Part shown: piece by piece, positions 1 through 11,641 of the stretch
How the letters are laid out: each line of letters opens with the position of its first letter
Numbering within the stretch: the stretch's first letter is position 1
Assembly: GCA_046563655.1 (NCBI GenBank)
Contig: CM102286.1
Coordinates: 10,230,001-10,294,000 of the forward strand
Length of the DNA stretch: 64,000 nt
Source: Yuukianura sp. NJ FZ-2021
Taxonomy: Eukaryota
Reading direction: 5' to 3'
Translations under genes and position numbers: made by a program
The notes under the pieces: generated by a model
The model's input: only the letters and a program-made list of their open reading frames with translations
What the model was told of the DNA's origin: nothing
Databases searched by the model: none

Positions 1-219
1 TTAAATTTGTCAATTGCGTTTAGAAGTGCCTTTCATCTAAGTCAAACCCTTCAAAGTGTCGTCGACTTTTTCGAGTCTAAAAATATTTACCTAATTGTAA
101 CTTTATCCTACTAATATATTAAAACAGCTGATTTAATTGTAGTAACCCAGAAATTTTGTGTATCTTTATAGATGGGATTGTAGATCGAAGTCATCAAATA
201 TGGTAAAATGGTTTGCATA

Positions 220-1829
220 TTAATTTGAATCATGTTTCAATAAATAGGTCGCCATGTACATGACGGTGAAAAGCAAAAACAGAGCGGGATAAGCAATTCT
301 AGCAGCCACGTCCACTTTTTTGGGCCAGGTCATTTGGGCGTACCTTTTCAATGGATTGGCCTTTGGGTCAAGCAGAGTTACCTCAGATTCAGCAGGAGAT
401 TGGTTTCCACCGCCCCAGTAGTTGACCAACACACAAATGACCAAAGCAGAAAAAACAAATGTTAGGGAGAACCCGGTCCACACGTCAATGGCCTTCGTGT
501 ACGACACAGGAGGCGTTGCTGCATTTATAAACCACGTTGCAGAAGACATTATGAGCAAGGTTACCAAGGTCAATGTTATTCTTGCGCTTGTCTCCTTTTG
601 ATCAACCCAGAATGCCATATACGCCACAATCACGAACATCGTCGTGGGAATGTAGACTTGAATCAAGTAGTAAGAGAACTCACGTCGAAATAGAAAATCA
701 ACACGAAGACAACTGTAAACTCCTAGCGTTAAAAACGAGATTTAAAAATCTAAAGTTAACTTGTTGCTTTGCGGCTGGATTTGAAGCTGCTGCTAACCTG
801 TGTTAGTATGAGAATCACAGTAGTCTGTCGTAAACTGCTCCAACGCAAATCGAGGCAAATGAAGAGCCGGGGTCACTTGTACTGGGTCATCAATCTTCCA
901 TTTAAAAATTAAGTCGTCAGTTGTAAATCCGTCTAAGACCAAAAAAGAATATCAAAAAACCAAACTGGAATGCTGTGCTTTGGGTTTCTTACAACTGGCC
1001 ATGCGGAGGCTGCAAGTTTGCTTGTCCAGTGGGTACAGTTTTAGAATCATTGGGCAACTTAAAGTAAGGCTCACTCTGAAATAAGTATGAACCTAATCAG
1101 TGTCATGCAATATAAAGGTTTTTAATAAAATATTTTTAATTACACAAGAAACTTTACCTAACGCTGTACAGGACCTGCCCATCCGGGAATATCCGAACGT
1201 AAACGTTTGGTTTGAGAAGATCATGCAGATGACCTTCCTTTTCATTGGAAAAGAACAAATCTGGGATCCAGACCTTAGAAGACGTGCTCAAGGTCAAGTA
1301 CTGTTTTTGTCCTGCCAATTCTGGAGAGGATTTGCCCCAGGCCAACCTTTCGTCGAGCCACAACATTCGAAATGTCAACTGCGTTTTGTAGATCTTTCGA
1401 AAAAAAATTAAAGTTGAAAATTTTTTCTTTTGGACCTAAAATTCATTTTAACAATTACCATTTTCACGTCATCGATATCATCAACTGACCTCACGTACAT
1501 GTTGACATTCACAACAGTTGCTCCTGAAATATTTTTTGTTACATTTTGCACGTAATTTTCTGTTGAATACTCTTAGTACTATATAAATATTAAACCTGTG
1601 CCATTAGCTCCTTGTGGACGAATGTGAGTATCGTAGTTCTTCGGATCCAAAATTGAATTCAAAGTTTGCCGCTCCATTTCTTGAATTGATACTCCGCCTC
1701 TAATATTTTAGAAAAGAATATTTTAGTAAAAAAAATATTTCAAATGAATATGAATAATTCTTACACTCGGTTTTGGAAGAGTAACGCCGTCACAAAGCAA
1801 AGCAAAAATTCGACGCGGTCCGTTTTCAT
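220..1829 (-). CDS. Cys-loop ligand-gated chloride channel subunit, divergent GluCl-like (multi-exon)
   Basis: Spliced reading gives a signal peptide (MKTDRVEFLLCFVTALLF), YDTHIRPQGANGT, WLDERL, VWIPDLFFSNEKEG, the Cys-loop CPMILKLYPLDKQTC, loop C DYCDSHTNTGVYSC, REFSYYLIQVYIP and YTKAIDVWTG, then four TM helices; stop at 220. Confidence 0.9.
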
Positions 1830-4606
1830 TTCTTTCTTTTTTGTTTGACTTATCGATGTTAAGAAGTTTCTGAATTCGTGAAGTTTTTAGAATTTTTTTT
1901 CAAATGTGAGCTTTGATGATGAACTTCGAGAGCCGCTGCTTTGTTCAATGTCCAAACAATTATGTTCATAAAGTGTTGCAGTCTTTACTTTAAATTGACC
2001 ATAGTGACCTTCCAAATCATCTTTCCAAACATTATCCTAAACAGTCAGTTCATGTTAAATTCACGTCATTGCCACTTAGTTTAAATTAAGTCTGGTTAAG
2101 ACGCAATGTATGATTAATGCTTTATTAAAATTTTCCACTGTCAGCGTCGCATGTTTTTACAGGAAAATATTGTTGACGCAATAAACATGAAAAACATGGT
2201 TATACTATATCATTGCGAGCGCTTTATTTAATTTCGCTGGACTTTGGATTTTCAACATTATTGGCTTGACCTTGATAGATGAGCGAATTTATATTCACTG
2301 AGGTGAGACCAAGTTTTGATGTATTTAATTGCGTACACTCCTTTGAGCTATCGCATATGTCGATTTTGTGATTTTGATGCAACCGTCTAGTGCTAACTTA
2401 TAGTAAGACACCTTCGGAAGTGCAAAAATAATTTCTCTTTCAAATTTTTTAAATCTGTGGAATAGCGCAAGAGGCGATCGGACTTATAAAACTTAAGTGA
2501 ACTTATATAATCACTTTGAAAAATGTCGCTTTACTTTCTGCGACCTTTTGGACAACATCCTGTTTTGTTTTTTGATCTAAGATGGTTTGATTTTTTCTTT
2601 GGGTTGTGTCGGCTCTAAAGATGTGTCGTAAACATAACTTCAAAACAAGCAGTCACCAGGACATGGATACTCGACACTGTTATAGTGTTTATTTTGAAAG
2701 CCACAATATTTGTTTTACCAAAACACCTCCGTCTGACGTTTGAAACTTTTAAATACAAGTTCTAAAGCACTTCAAAATTTTGTGTCCTATATTTTGGCAA
2801 TTAGCGGAATCCCGTCATATGCCACGAATTTAATTCATAATCCACCCAACGCAATTTGTTAAACTGCAACGAGTTCGGGGTTTTGTACGGTTTTTGGATT
2901 GTCGGGCGTTGACCTGCCGCGCTAAATTGCACGGAAAGATGAACTGTTTGATCCCTCACCGTTCTCTTTCTGTTAATAAAGGTACTTGAATCATTTATCT
3001 CCTGGACTTTCACATTCCGGTTAACTTGATTGATTTTGTCACGGGCATGGTGCTGGCTGATAAGTGGAGCAAAAAATTAAAGTTTATAAGTGTAAAAAAT
3101 ATGTATTATGAAACGTAATGGAGTTTCCAGGTTGTTCAACTCGTTTTCAAATTAATTTATGACACTTATGTCTTTTGGTCGACTCTCTTCATTAGTTTTA
3201 CCATTATTGCCATCAGAACCTCTACGGGAAGCGTTGCTTTCTTTAGTAAAGAAGTAAACGTCGAAAACGAACCGATCATGTAGACGCCGCGCATACGAGA
3301 CACTTCAGCCATTTATTAAAGCGTCTATACGCATACGAACATTTTTCAGCATCATCTCAAATTGAATTTTTCATAATATGCTTCCCTATTTGGAATGAAT
3401 TAAACTTAAGTGACTGCTTGCCAATCAATTCTGAAATTGATTTGCTTTATGTACGACTTAAAGGCTTGGGAATACCCTGCGGACGGGGTCGAAGTGCGCT
3501 TGATGATGAATTTTAAAATGGTTTAGCTCAGCACAGGAAGGTCGCACAGTACAGTGACCAAATAATAATATACAAAGCTTGAGGAACAGACTGGATCTTG
3601 TACTTTCAAATAAAAAATTGCAAAAAGTTTTGTGAAACAAATTGTCCCAAGTTATTCCACATACGGTTCAAACACACAAAAATATTTTTCTACCCCATGT
3701 TGTCCAATTCTTCAATGTTTGAGAATGATTTTCAACGAGCCAGAGTAAAGGGGTTATTCGGTTTCGGTAATTAATCAAATTAGGTGATGCTGGGTTGCAT
3801 GCAACCAGTTCTAAAAATGGGAGACAAAATCGTAGCACAATCTTCTTCATATGCTACGATGAAATATAGAGAGCTAATCAATTAAACTTTAATACAATGG
3901 ACATTACACGTGTGGATATTATTTTAGACTAATGTTACTAATCAAGGGCTGAATAAAAAAGTGTGTCTATTTTCCGAAAGAATGATAGTTTTATGCATGA
4001 AGTAGTAAAGCAATAAAGTAATATATTACAGTATATATATTTATTCATACTTTGAAATTGATTATTTAATCTGTAAGCGATTATTAGAAGTACTTTTTTA
4101 ATGCTGAAGGTATAATTAAATTAGAATTTATCAACTAAAATTTAGCCATAAAATGAGCTAAATAAATACTTCTAATGTCATATCTGTCAATCTGCCCGAA
4201 GTTTTTGTTCACGATTTAATCAGTTTGCCTGATTTCCTTCTTGTTCTAATTTTAGTTTTAATAACTTTTCTAAGAAATTTTTACGGAAAAGTACAGGTTA
4301 GGAGGAGGTGACAATGAACTTAGTGAATCACCAGCGTCTTATTAGTAAGAACAATTAAAAAAAAACTTAACAAAGTGTTTTTCTTGGACAAAAGACAATG
4401 CCAGGGTGTAGTCAAGTTAACATTGTCCACCCATGCCAAATGACTTTAAAGCCAGAGGAAAAAGTACTACATTGGGCTGACGACATGTTTTTCGGACAGT
4501 CCAGATTTGGAAATCGCTTCTGCTCAAACTTCTTCCAAGCCTATCGAATCCAACTTACTAACTAATCTAAAGTAAAGCTAACTTAAAGTTACTTAATTGA
4601 GCAATT

Positions 4607-4976
4607 ATGAGCAAGGTGCCAACTGTCATCGTCTGGGTCATTTTTGCACTGGGGTATTTCGTATTACGGAATCAGGCAGAAAAATTCGATAAAGAGAAAA
4701 ATGTCACCGCACCGGTTGCTAAACCTATTTATTTGGAATTTTGGACGAAGCCAAATTCCCAAGGGTTTAGATACGGTAAGCGTGCCAACTACATTAAATG
4801 TTATTAGCTTATTTAATTAAAGTGACCTAATCATAAAATAAAGTTAGATATAATGATACAATCATATTAAAATTGGATCTTAAAACCAAACTTATTTTTT
4901 AGCTTTAGACGTGTTCTTGCCTCATAACACCAAGAAGTGCTACGCAATGCCAAGGCAAAGACGAAGAACGGAATGA
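4607..4976 (+). CDS. Small putatively secreted protein, two exons, possibly truncated or frameshifted
   Basis: ATG with a hydrophobic N-terminus, GTAAG donor near 4776 and TTTTTAG acceptor near 4902. Exon 2 reads ALDVFLPHNTKKCYAMP, with NDMLMGVKTQICITIYSH in another frame. Repeat DNA follows. Confidence 0.35.
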
Positions 4977-5433
4977 CATGCTGATGGGTGTAAAAACACA
5001 AATTTGTATCACAATCTACTCACATGGTAAATCCGAAACTGCTTAAGAGTTATGTAGCTTTGAGAATGGATCCGAATAGTCCTTGTACCAAGGAAGGACT
5101 TCGACGTACCGTATGCTCACCTGCCAACTTTTAAAACTACCCCCCCCCCCCCGCCCCGTTTTCCTCCCACCACAATTTCTGAGTTTGGCGAAGCGGTAGC
5201 TACGCTCCGCGAGACTTCTGCCATTTTGGAACTCAATCGGCAAATTCGACTTTTTCCAACCTAACCTTAAGTAATTCACTACAAACCACTACAAATTAAT
5301 ACAATCTAATTAATTGATATAATTACTTATTTTAAACTAAATTTAACTAAAAATTAGTAGAAATTCACCTAAAATTAGAACAAATTAACCTAACCTAACA
5401 TTAACTTAATAAAGTGTGGTTGAGGTAAGCTTT

Positions 5434-6051
5434 AACGACCTTCATTGTAGCCGCACAGTGTAGCCGCCGGTATCATCTCGGGTGGCAACATTTGTATCCG
5501 CTCGTGGAAAATTTTGCCTTAGCCACAACTATGTTACCGCACATGCTAAATAATACTGGCAACACTGTTTAACAATGTACACGCAATCAGCACTGCGATA
5601 TTTAAATAATCCAACCTATAGACGTAATCAGTGTTGCAAACCTTAAAAAACCTAACTCGCCTTCGACGTGGGAAAATACAACTGAATTTAGGATTTGTTG
5701 AATCAGAAAGTAAAGGTTGCCAATCTAATTAATGTTGTTTCGTTGCTGTTTTAGAGAATTCGATTTTATTTTTCCGCTCCGAAGGCGCGGTGTTAGGGTA
5801 GGTTAGTTCCGAACAATAGTGGCTAGATTAGGTTTGAAGTTTTCGCTTAAATTATTGTAATGTCAAGACCAAATTCTAAAACATAGTTGCCAGCATTATT
5901 TAGCAAATGTGGCTACAATTGGGTGGCGACAGGGGAAATTTTCTCACAAGCGGCTACAAATGTTGCACACAGTGTAGCCACCCATTGTAGCCACCCAAGA
6001 AGGCGTCACCCAAGCCGGCGGCTACAGTGTGCGGTGACAACGACGGTCGTT
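5434..6051. mobile_element. Foldback-type MITE with TGTAGCCGC-motif arms
   Basis: Left arm aacgaccttcattgtagccgcacagtgtagccgccgg is inverted to ccggcggctacagtgtgcggtgacaacgacggtcgtt. Two degenerate copies of the shared core lie at ~5614-5670 and ~5772-5800. No clear TSD. Confidence 0.65.
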
Positions 6052-6579
6052 CTTGGTTCAGTGCATATATATTTTGGGCTTGCAAACTGGAGCATGATTT
6101 TGGTCCAATCAAATCGTAAAATTGCCAACACAATTTTGGCGAATCAATTCTCTATTCCTCCAAAAGATCTATGCTCAACCCGTGAGCATCGCCCTACCGT
6201 GTTTCATTTCGTGGTACACGAGGGAGATTCAGTTTCATATACTACATGGGTTGACACAGGGGTCAACTTTACATCTGACGAACTGTATTTCCTCACCAAC
6301 CCCAATGTACAATGAGTTAGATTAAGTGTAGAACAAAGATGAGGCTGTACTTGTGACGTCATTTTTGTTGCGCTAATTAGTAGATGCTTGAACTTTTCCA
6401 TCATCGCCATCAGCCCGCCTTGTGACCTCCTTACCAAATGAAAGCTCAACTGCATTACGTTAAACAGTTCATAACCCATTATAATAGTTATTATAGTAGA
6501 AATAGGGTCCCTCCCTATTTCAGTGTTTCTTCGTGAACAATTCGGCACATACAGGAATGGTAAACAGCGTTAGCCCCAT

Positions 6580-7110
6580 TCATTTGTTAAATAAGTTTAT
6601 GCACAGCACAACCATTGAAATAGATGCCTCATAGGAATCTGAAGCGGTATTTTGGATGTCATCGACTACTTTGTGCAAGTGGGAATCGACAGTTATTGTG
6701 TCATTGCTTGCTAAAATATCAAACTCGAGTAAACCTGTCATATGTGTTTTGATGTAGACAACCGCTTGCCGAATTTTTAGTACCAGTTCTATCGGCAAAG
6801 CGGAACCTATTCCTACATTGCTCATTCCACGGCGAATAATGTTATCAGCATCGACAGCATTGCAAATAGTTTGCATTCCAACTTTTCCCAATGCTCCTGT
6901 GCACTTTTGTTTCAAACTTGTGACTTCCATTTCGCATATGGAATATGCTGCACCGACATAGTTTTCGCAATACAACTTCCAGGAACAGAGGGATCCCTCC
7001 ATCTCCGTCAAAACATGCATCATAACAACTAGGTGTGAATGCATGGGATCAGTAATTTCATTCTTGATTTGCATTCCAGTCTCACCCAAGGCTTGGAAGC
7101 TTTCCAGCAC
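6580..7110 (-). CDS. Hypothetical intronless ORF (176 aa), duplicated at 9018-9473; probably a fragment of mobile-element or viral cargo
   Basis: The two copies encode nearly identical proteins. No family recognised. Lies among Maverick fragments. Confidence 0.35.
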   Translation of the reverse strand: MLESFQALGETGMQIKNEITDPMHSHLVVMMHVLTEMEGSLCSWKLYCENYVGAAYSICEMEVTSLKQKCTGALGKVGMQTICNAVDADNIIRRGMSNVGIGSALPIELVLKIRQAVVYIKTHMTGLLEFDILASNDTITVDSHLHKVVDDIQNTASDSYEASISMVVLCINLFNK

Positions 7111-7699
7111 TCAGCCTTAAGTTTAAGTTTAGCGCAAGTGTACTGGAGAACTACACGACCCTACAAATTTTATTAAAAGAACCCATAATGATATGCGCAT
7201 ATGTGATGGAAATTCACTTAGCCAAACATGGAAAATTTTGTATAGTTGATAAGTTACTTGGACCGTGATCCTCGACTTGAAGCAAGTTATAGCAGAAATG
7301 GCTTATGCTTCCATTCATACGCTGCAACATCGTTCATGATTTGCAGTAACGATATGATGGCTTTCGTTTGTGTACGCGTGGCACTAAAGGTGTATTTACA
7401 ATATTGGCTTTCTACGGCATTGATCTCATTGTATATTGGGGTTCAGGTGTGAAAGCTCAACTGCATTACGTTAAACAGTTCATAACCCATTATAATAGTT
7501 GTTATAGTAGAAATAGGGTTCCTATTTCAGTGTTAGCTTGCCGAATTTTTAGTACCAGTTCTATCGGCAAAGCGGAACCTATTCCTACATTGCTCATTCC
7601 ACGGCGAATAATGTTATCAGCATCGACAGCATTGCAAAGCGGCGCTGTCTTTCTCGAAACGAAATGCTCTTGTCATTCATATCCAGTTCATGTACAGCA

Positions 7700-7984
7700 T
7701 CAGCGACCGTCTGCGCACTTGTTGCGGTGACAAAAGATGATGGTGGTGGCAACTCGACTCGTTTTTGTAAAAATTGTTCTTCCTGCTCCGACAAACGCAT
7801 TTCCATAAGTATAGCTCAGGTCGGTCAGGGCCACCTCCCATTGATCTCCAGGCAGGCTGATGGAACTTGCCAACTTATTCTGGAAATCGCAAATTAGATT
7901 GCCTGGAAAGTAGTCCATCGAAGCTTTCGATTGAAGCGTAACGTAGAAAGAGTTGGATGTACTCGAACCAGTTGCAGTCATCAT
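7700..7984 (-). mobile_element. Maverick/Polinton (adintovirus-like) minor capsid (penton) N-terminal fragment
   Basis: SFYVTLQSKASMDYFPGNLICDFQNKLASSISLPGDQWEVALTDLSY matches the recalled FYxTLPSNxSxxxFPxNxxxxFxxxLxxxIxLxGxWEVALxEISY start of Polinton pentons. Truncated after ~70 aa. Confidence 0.75.
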
Positions 7985-7999
7985 CTTGTCGTTGTCAAA

Positions 8000-8254
8000 G
8001 CACGAATCCTTTTAAATGAAAGCACGAATCCATAAAAATGTGAGGCACGAATCCTAAAAATTGGTTAGCACGAATCCTTTTAATCCAAATTAGGGTTACC
8101 TCAAATCCAAAAATACGTAGGTAGGGATGAGTAGAATTGTAAGCTCGAATCCACAAAAATGGCTGGCACGAATCCTTGAAGTCTTTTCTTAACAATTTGT
8201 GTTCATCCAAAAGAAGCGAAAGCACGAATGAACAAAATCGCTGAGCACGAATCC
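8000..8254. repeat. Array of GCACGAATCC decamers with ~23-bp period and variable spacers
   Basis: Copies start at 8000, 8022, 8045, 8068, 8143 (variant), 8166, 8222 (variant) and 8245. Confidence 0.85.
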
Positions 8255-8359
8255 TCAAAAAATGATCACGCTGGATCCTCCCCACACAACGTTCGGCTGC
8301 CCGATCAGCCCCCTCACGGGCGCGCAAGGGGGGACCTTGCCTCCGACTCCATCTCTCCT

Positions 8360-8900
8360 TCAAAACTTTTCCCAACGACAGACGTTTCCTCCTCCTCCTC
8401 TTTGATGCTTCGTCCCTCCCTTTCGGAATACATTTTTTCCAGTTGGATTAGCAGCCCTCCTAACAAGCCTCTTTGCAATAGGTGTAGCTTTAGCTCTAGT
8501 AGGTGAGGGACGATGAATTTGAAATGGTGGTGGTTGGGGGTTTTCTTCAAAAACGTCTTCTACCTCTTCCTCTTCCTCCTCTTCGTCATCGGTTCCCCTT
8601 TCATTCTGGCTGGCACTTGGTGTGTTGTAATTTGATCCCGCCAGGTTCTGTTGTTGTTGTTGTCTTTGCTCAAAAAATATGGCTGGGAAAGTGATTAGGC
8701 GTGAAATTCCAGAGTTTGGAGCAGATCCATCCACAATTTTTGGAGAAATGTACCTCTGCAATTGGTCTCGAACTTGTATGAATCCTTCGGGAGCTCTAAT
8801 ATGCTTTCGATCCTTTCTCGCATTTTTACTTCCTTTTAGCTGCTTCAAAATGTAAGGTTCAGTAACATCTAGAAGATTTCCACTCTGATGCTGGGATTGG
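8360..8900 (-). CDS. Degenerate Maverick-type hypothetical ORF upstream of the penton
   Basis: Intronless. GNLLDV...APEGFIQVRDQLQRYISPKIV resembles a recalled Maverick conserved motif (NIxDL...PxGxxxF...L...IP). Has an acidic tract and a basic C-terminus ending WEKF. Same strand as the penton. Confidence 0.4.
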
Positions 8901-10554
8901 AAATTATACTATCTCCAAGTTGAGTTCCGTAAAAAAGTTTTGATTCATTTTCGTCTTCTTGAAATCCCTCATGTTCACGGTCACCCGCAACATTTTTCAC
9001 CAAAATTGGTTTGGATTCTAAAATATGACGTTTTTGTGCAAGTTGGAATCGACAGTTATTGTGTCATTGCTTTCTAAAATATCAAACTCGAGTAAACCTG
9101 TCATATGTGTTTTGATGTAGACAACCGCTTGCCGAATTTTTAGTACCAGTTCTATCGGCAAAGCGGAACCTACTCCTACATTGCTCATTCCACGGCGAAT
9201 AATGTTATCAGCATCGACAGCATTGCAAATAGTTTGCATTCCAACTTTTCCCAATGCTCCTGTGCACTTTTGTTTCAAACTTGTGACTTCCATTTCGCAT
9301 ATGGAATATGCTGCACCGACATAGTTTTCGCAATACAACTTCCAGGAACAGAGGGATCCCTCCATCTCCGTCAAAACATGCATCATAACAACTAGGTGTG
9401 AATGCATGGGATCAGTAATTTCATTCTTGATTTGCATTCCAGTCTCACCCAAGGTTTGGAAGCTTTCCAGCACTCAGCCTTAAGTTTAAGTTTAGCGCAA
9501 GTGTCCTGGAGAACTACACGACCCTACAAATTTTATTAAAACAACCCATAATGATATGCGCATATGTGATGGAAATTCACTTAGCCAAACATGGAAAATT
9601 TTGTATAGTTGATAAGTTACTTGGACCGTGATCCTCGACTTGAAGCAAGTTATAGCAGAAATGGCTTATGCTTCCATTCATACGCTGCAACATCGTTCAT
9701 GATTTGCAGTATCGATATGATGGCTTTCGTTTGTATTCGCGTGGCACTAAAGGTGTATTTACAATATTGGCTTTCTTCGGCACTGATCTCATTGTACATT
9801 GGGGTTCTGGTATGGAAATACAGTTCGTCATTTAATGTGAGGTTAACCCTTGTGTCAACATGTAGCACCTGAAACTGAATCTCCCTCGTGTACAACGAAA
9901 TGAAACACGGTAGGGCGATGCTCACGGGTTGAGCATAGGTCTTTTGTAGGAGTAGATACGACTTAACTCATGTTCGAGCGGCCACAAAACCAATGAACAA
10001 AAATGAGAAACCGGTTTCCCGAGACTCATGCACCAGAGAGTCGTTTGTAATTTTCAGTGCCTTCACTGGTGCTTCTTTGTGCACGAGTTGCTCCAAAATT
10101 CCGTTGGCAATTTCACGATTTAATTGGACCAAAACTATTGTTCCAGTTTGCAAGCCCAAAATATATGCACTGAACCAAGCTTGTTTAACTTGCAATTTTG
10201 TTTATTTCTTTTTAGAAGGTTATGTCAAAACTCCGCGATTCTTTTTTTCAAATTTTTTGAACCGCACATCTGACGCGGCTGCGTTGCGTTAGCAATTCGG
10301 AATCAAAACTATGACTCAGCAACGTGAAATTTAAAAGATTATTGTGAAAATCAACAAAATTGGTATAAAATTGGTTCAAAAGTATTGTTTTTTCTTGTTT
10401 TTTTTAAATCGGAGTTATGAAATAACCTCTTACGCCATTTAAATAAATGTTTAAATTGTCTAAATTTGTATAAGTGGTCGCTATAGCAATCTTGCGCAGA
10501 ACTGACGTTCTTACAGATAATGTATTGTAGATATTGCTAAGGCAATATACACTA

Positions 10555-10591
10555 TTATTTACTTATTTATTTATTTATTTATTAAGCCCAT
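10555..10591 (-). mobile_element. Extreme 3' remnant of the LINE family found at 20917-23354
   Basis: (TTTA)n followed by ttaagcccatc mirrors (TTTA)n ttaggcccatc at 20917-20950. Confidence 0.5.
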
Positions 10592-11641
10592 CAAGCTCTT
10601 TGTAAAAACAGTTTAACTTTGCATCATTGCTTTTTGCGCAATGAGCGCATTTCACTATAATAAATAGACCTGCTAAAATGTTTTTTTAAATATTAAATAT
10701 TTTTGTTTAAAAAATATTTCACGATTTTTAAAAATGTAAATATTTTTTTAAATTTTTAGCGTTTTTTTGAGAAAACGAGGGTATTTTTCAAATTTTTCGT
10801 AAATTTTGATATCAACAGTTTGCACACTCTTGGTGCTCGGACCATTATGTTTGTGTGCTCTTCATTTAAAATTTAAAATTAAATTAAATTAAATTTAAAA
10901 TCGTACAAGGTTCTTGTAGTCTTCCCACTTTTAAATTTCCCGTTAACATCACCTGAGGTTGTCTAAAGTTCGACATTGCAATATTGCAAACAACACAATT
11001 TGGGTATAGGTAGATGAAACAACACATTCCAATGCACGCTGTATTAAATTCTCTAGTTGGAGCCTCCAAGTATGCTTCATGGCGATTGGTCAATTCAGAA
11101 TTCAATAGTTTTTTACATGCACTTTTAAGAAACTTTTGCAATGAAACCATACCAAATGAATCATCGAGATCATATTGTGGGTAGTAGACAAACGGACGGA
11201 CAGACACAGACAGTCAGACACGTAAAACAACACAATGTACCGAATAAATTCGCTACTTAATAATTGATACATGCTGTGATCATGTTGTTATCATATAAAA
11301 TTTAGTACATATTCCGGCAGCAAAGAATCGGTACTCTCCCACGCCGACCAATAAATAAATGCCGTAATATACGATCTGTTAATCAAATTTGGAAGCATGG
11401 TTGGTTGGTTGAATAGTCATTCCACGAACTCTGATTGAAAGCTTAGAACCGACTGTAAAAGAGGAATTAATACCTTTTAGCGAAATAAGGTCATTGGCCA
11501 CAGCAAAATTCCATAAGTGGAAATGATATTGATTTGATTTATCTCATACCTCGTGAAGCACACAGAGATTAAAGATTAGCCTTTATAAATGGAGAATTTG
11601 CTCAGAGTTAGTTTAGCGGCTAGTTTTCGAGCGAATTAGAA

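Larger units (their letters stand above)
6053..10180. repeat. Mosaic of direct and inverted local duplications
   Basis: ~6670-7445 recurs near-identically at ~9033-9805. ~6440-6525 and ~6763-6866 recur joined together at ~7450-7638. ~6053-6315 has a diverged inverted copy at ~9785-9940 and ~10095-10180. Confidence 0.85.

Noticed and set aside
2540..3850. Short minus-strand ORFs, one with a signal-like start (MKKIVLRFCLPFL)
   Set aside because: Interrupted by stops, no recognisable family and no consistent splice model; possibly a decayed gene.
5043..5430. C-run and AT-rich taacct tract as a possible Maverick terminal repeat
   Set aside because: No partner inverted copy, AG-type terminus or 6-bp TSD seen in the window.
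8000..8254. CRISPR-like repeat-spacer pattern
   Set aside because: The 10-bp repeats and ~13-bp spacers are far too short, there are no cas genes, and the context is eukaryotic. Reported as an iteron-like array instead.
11186..11222. GACA/GACG microsatellite suggesting a Helentron/DINE-like element (similar tracts at ~19005 and ~24975)
   Set aside because: Termini and hairpins could not be delimited.
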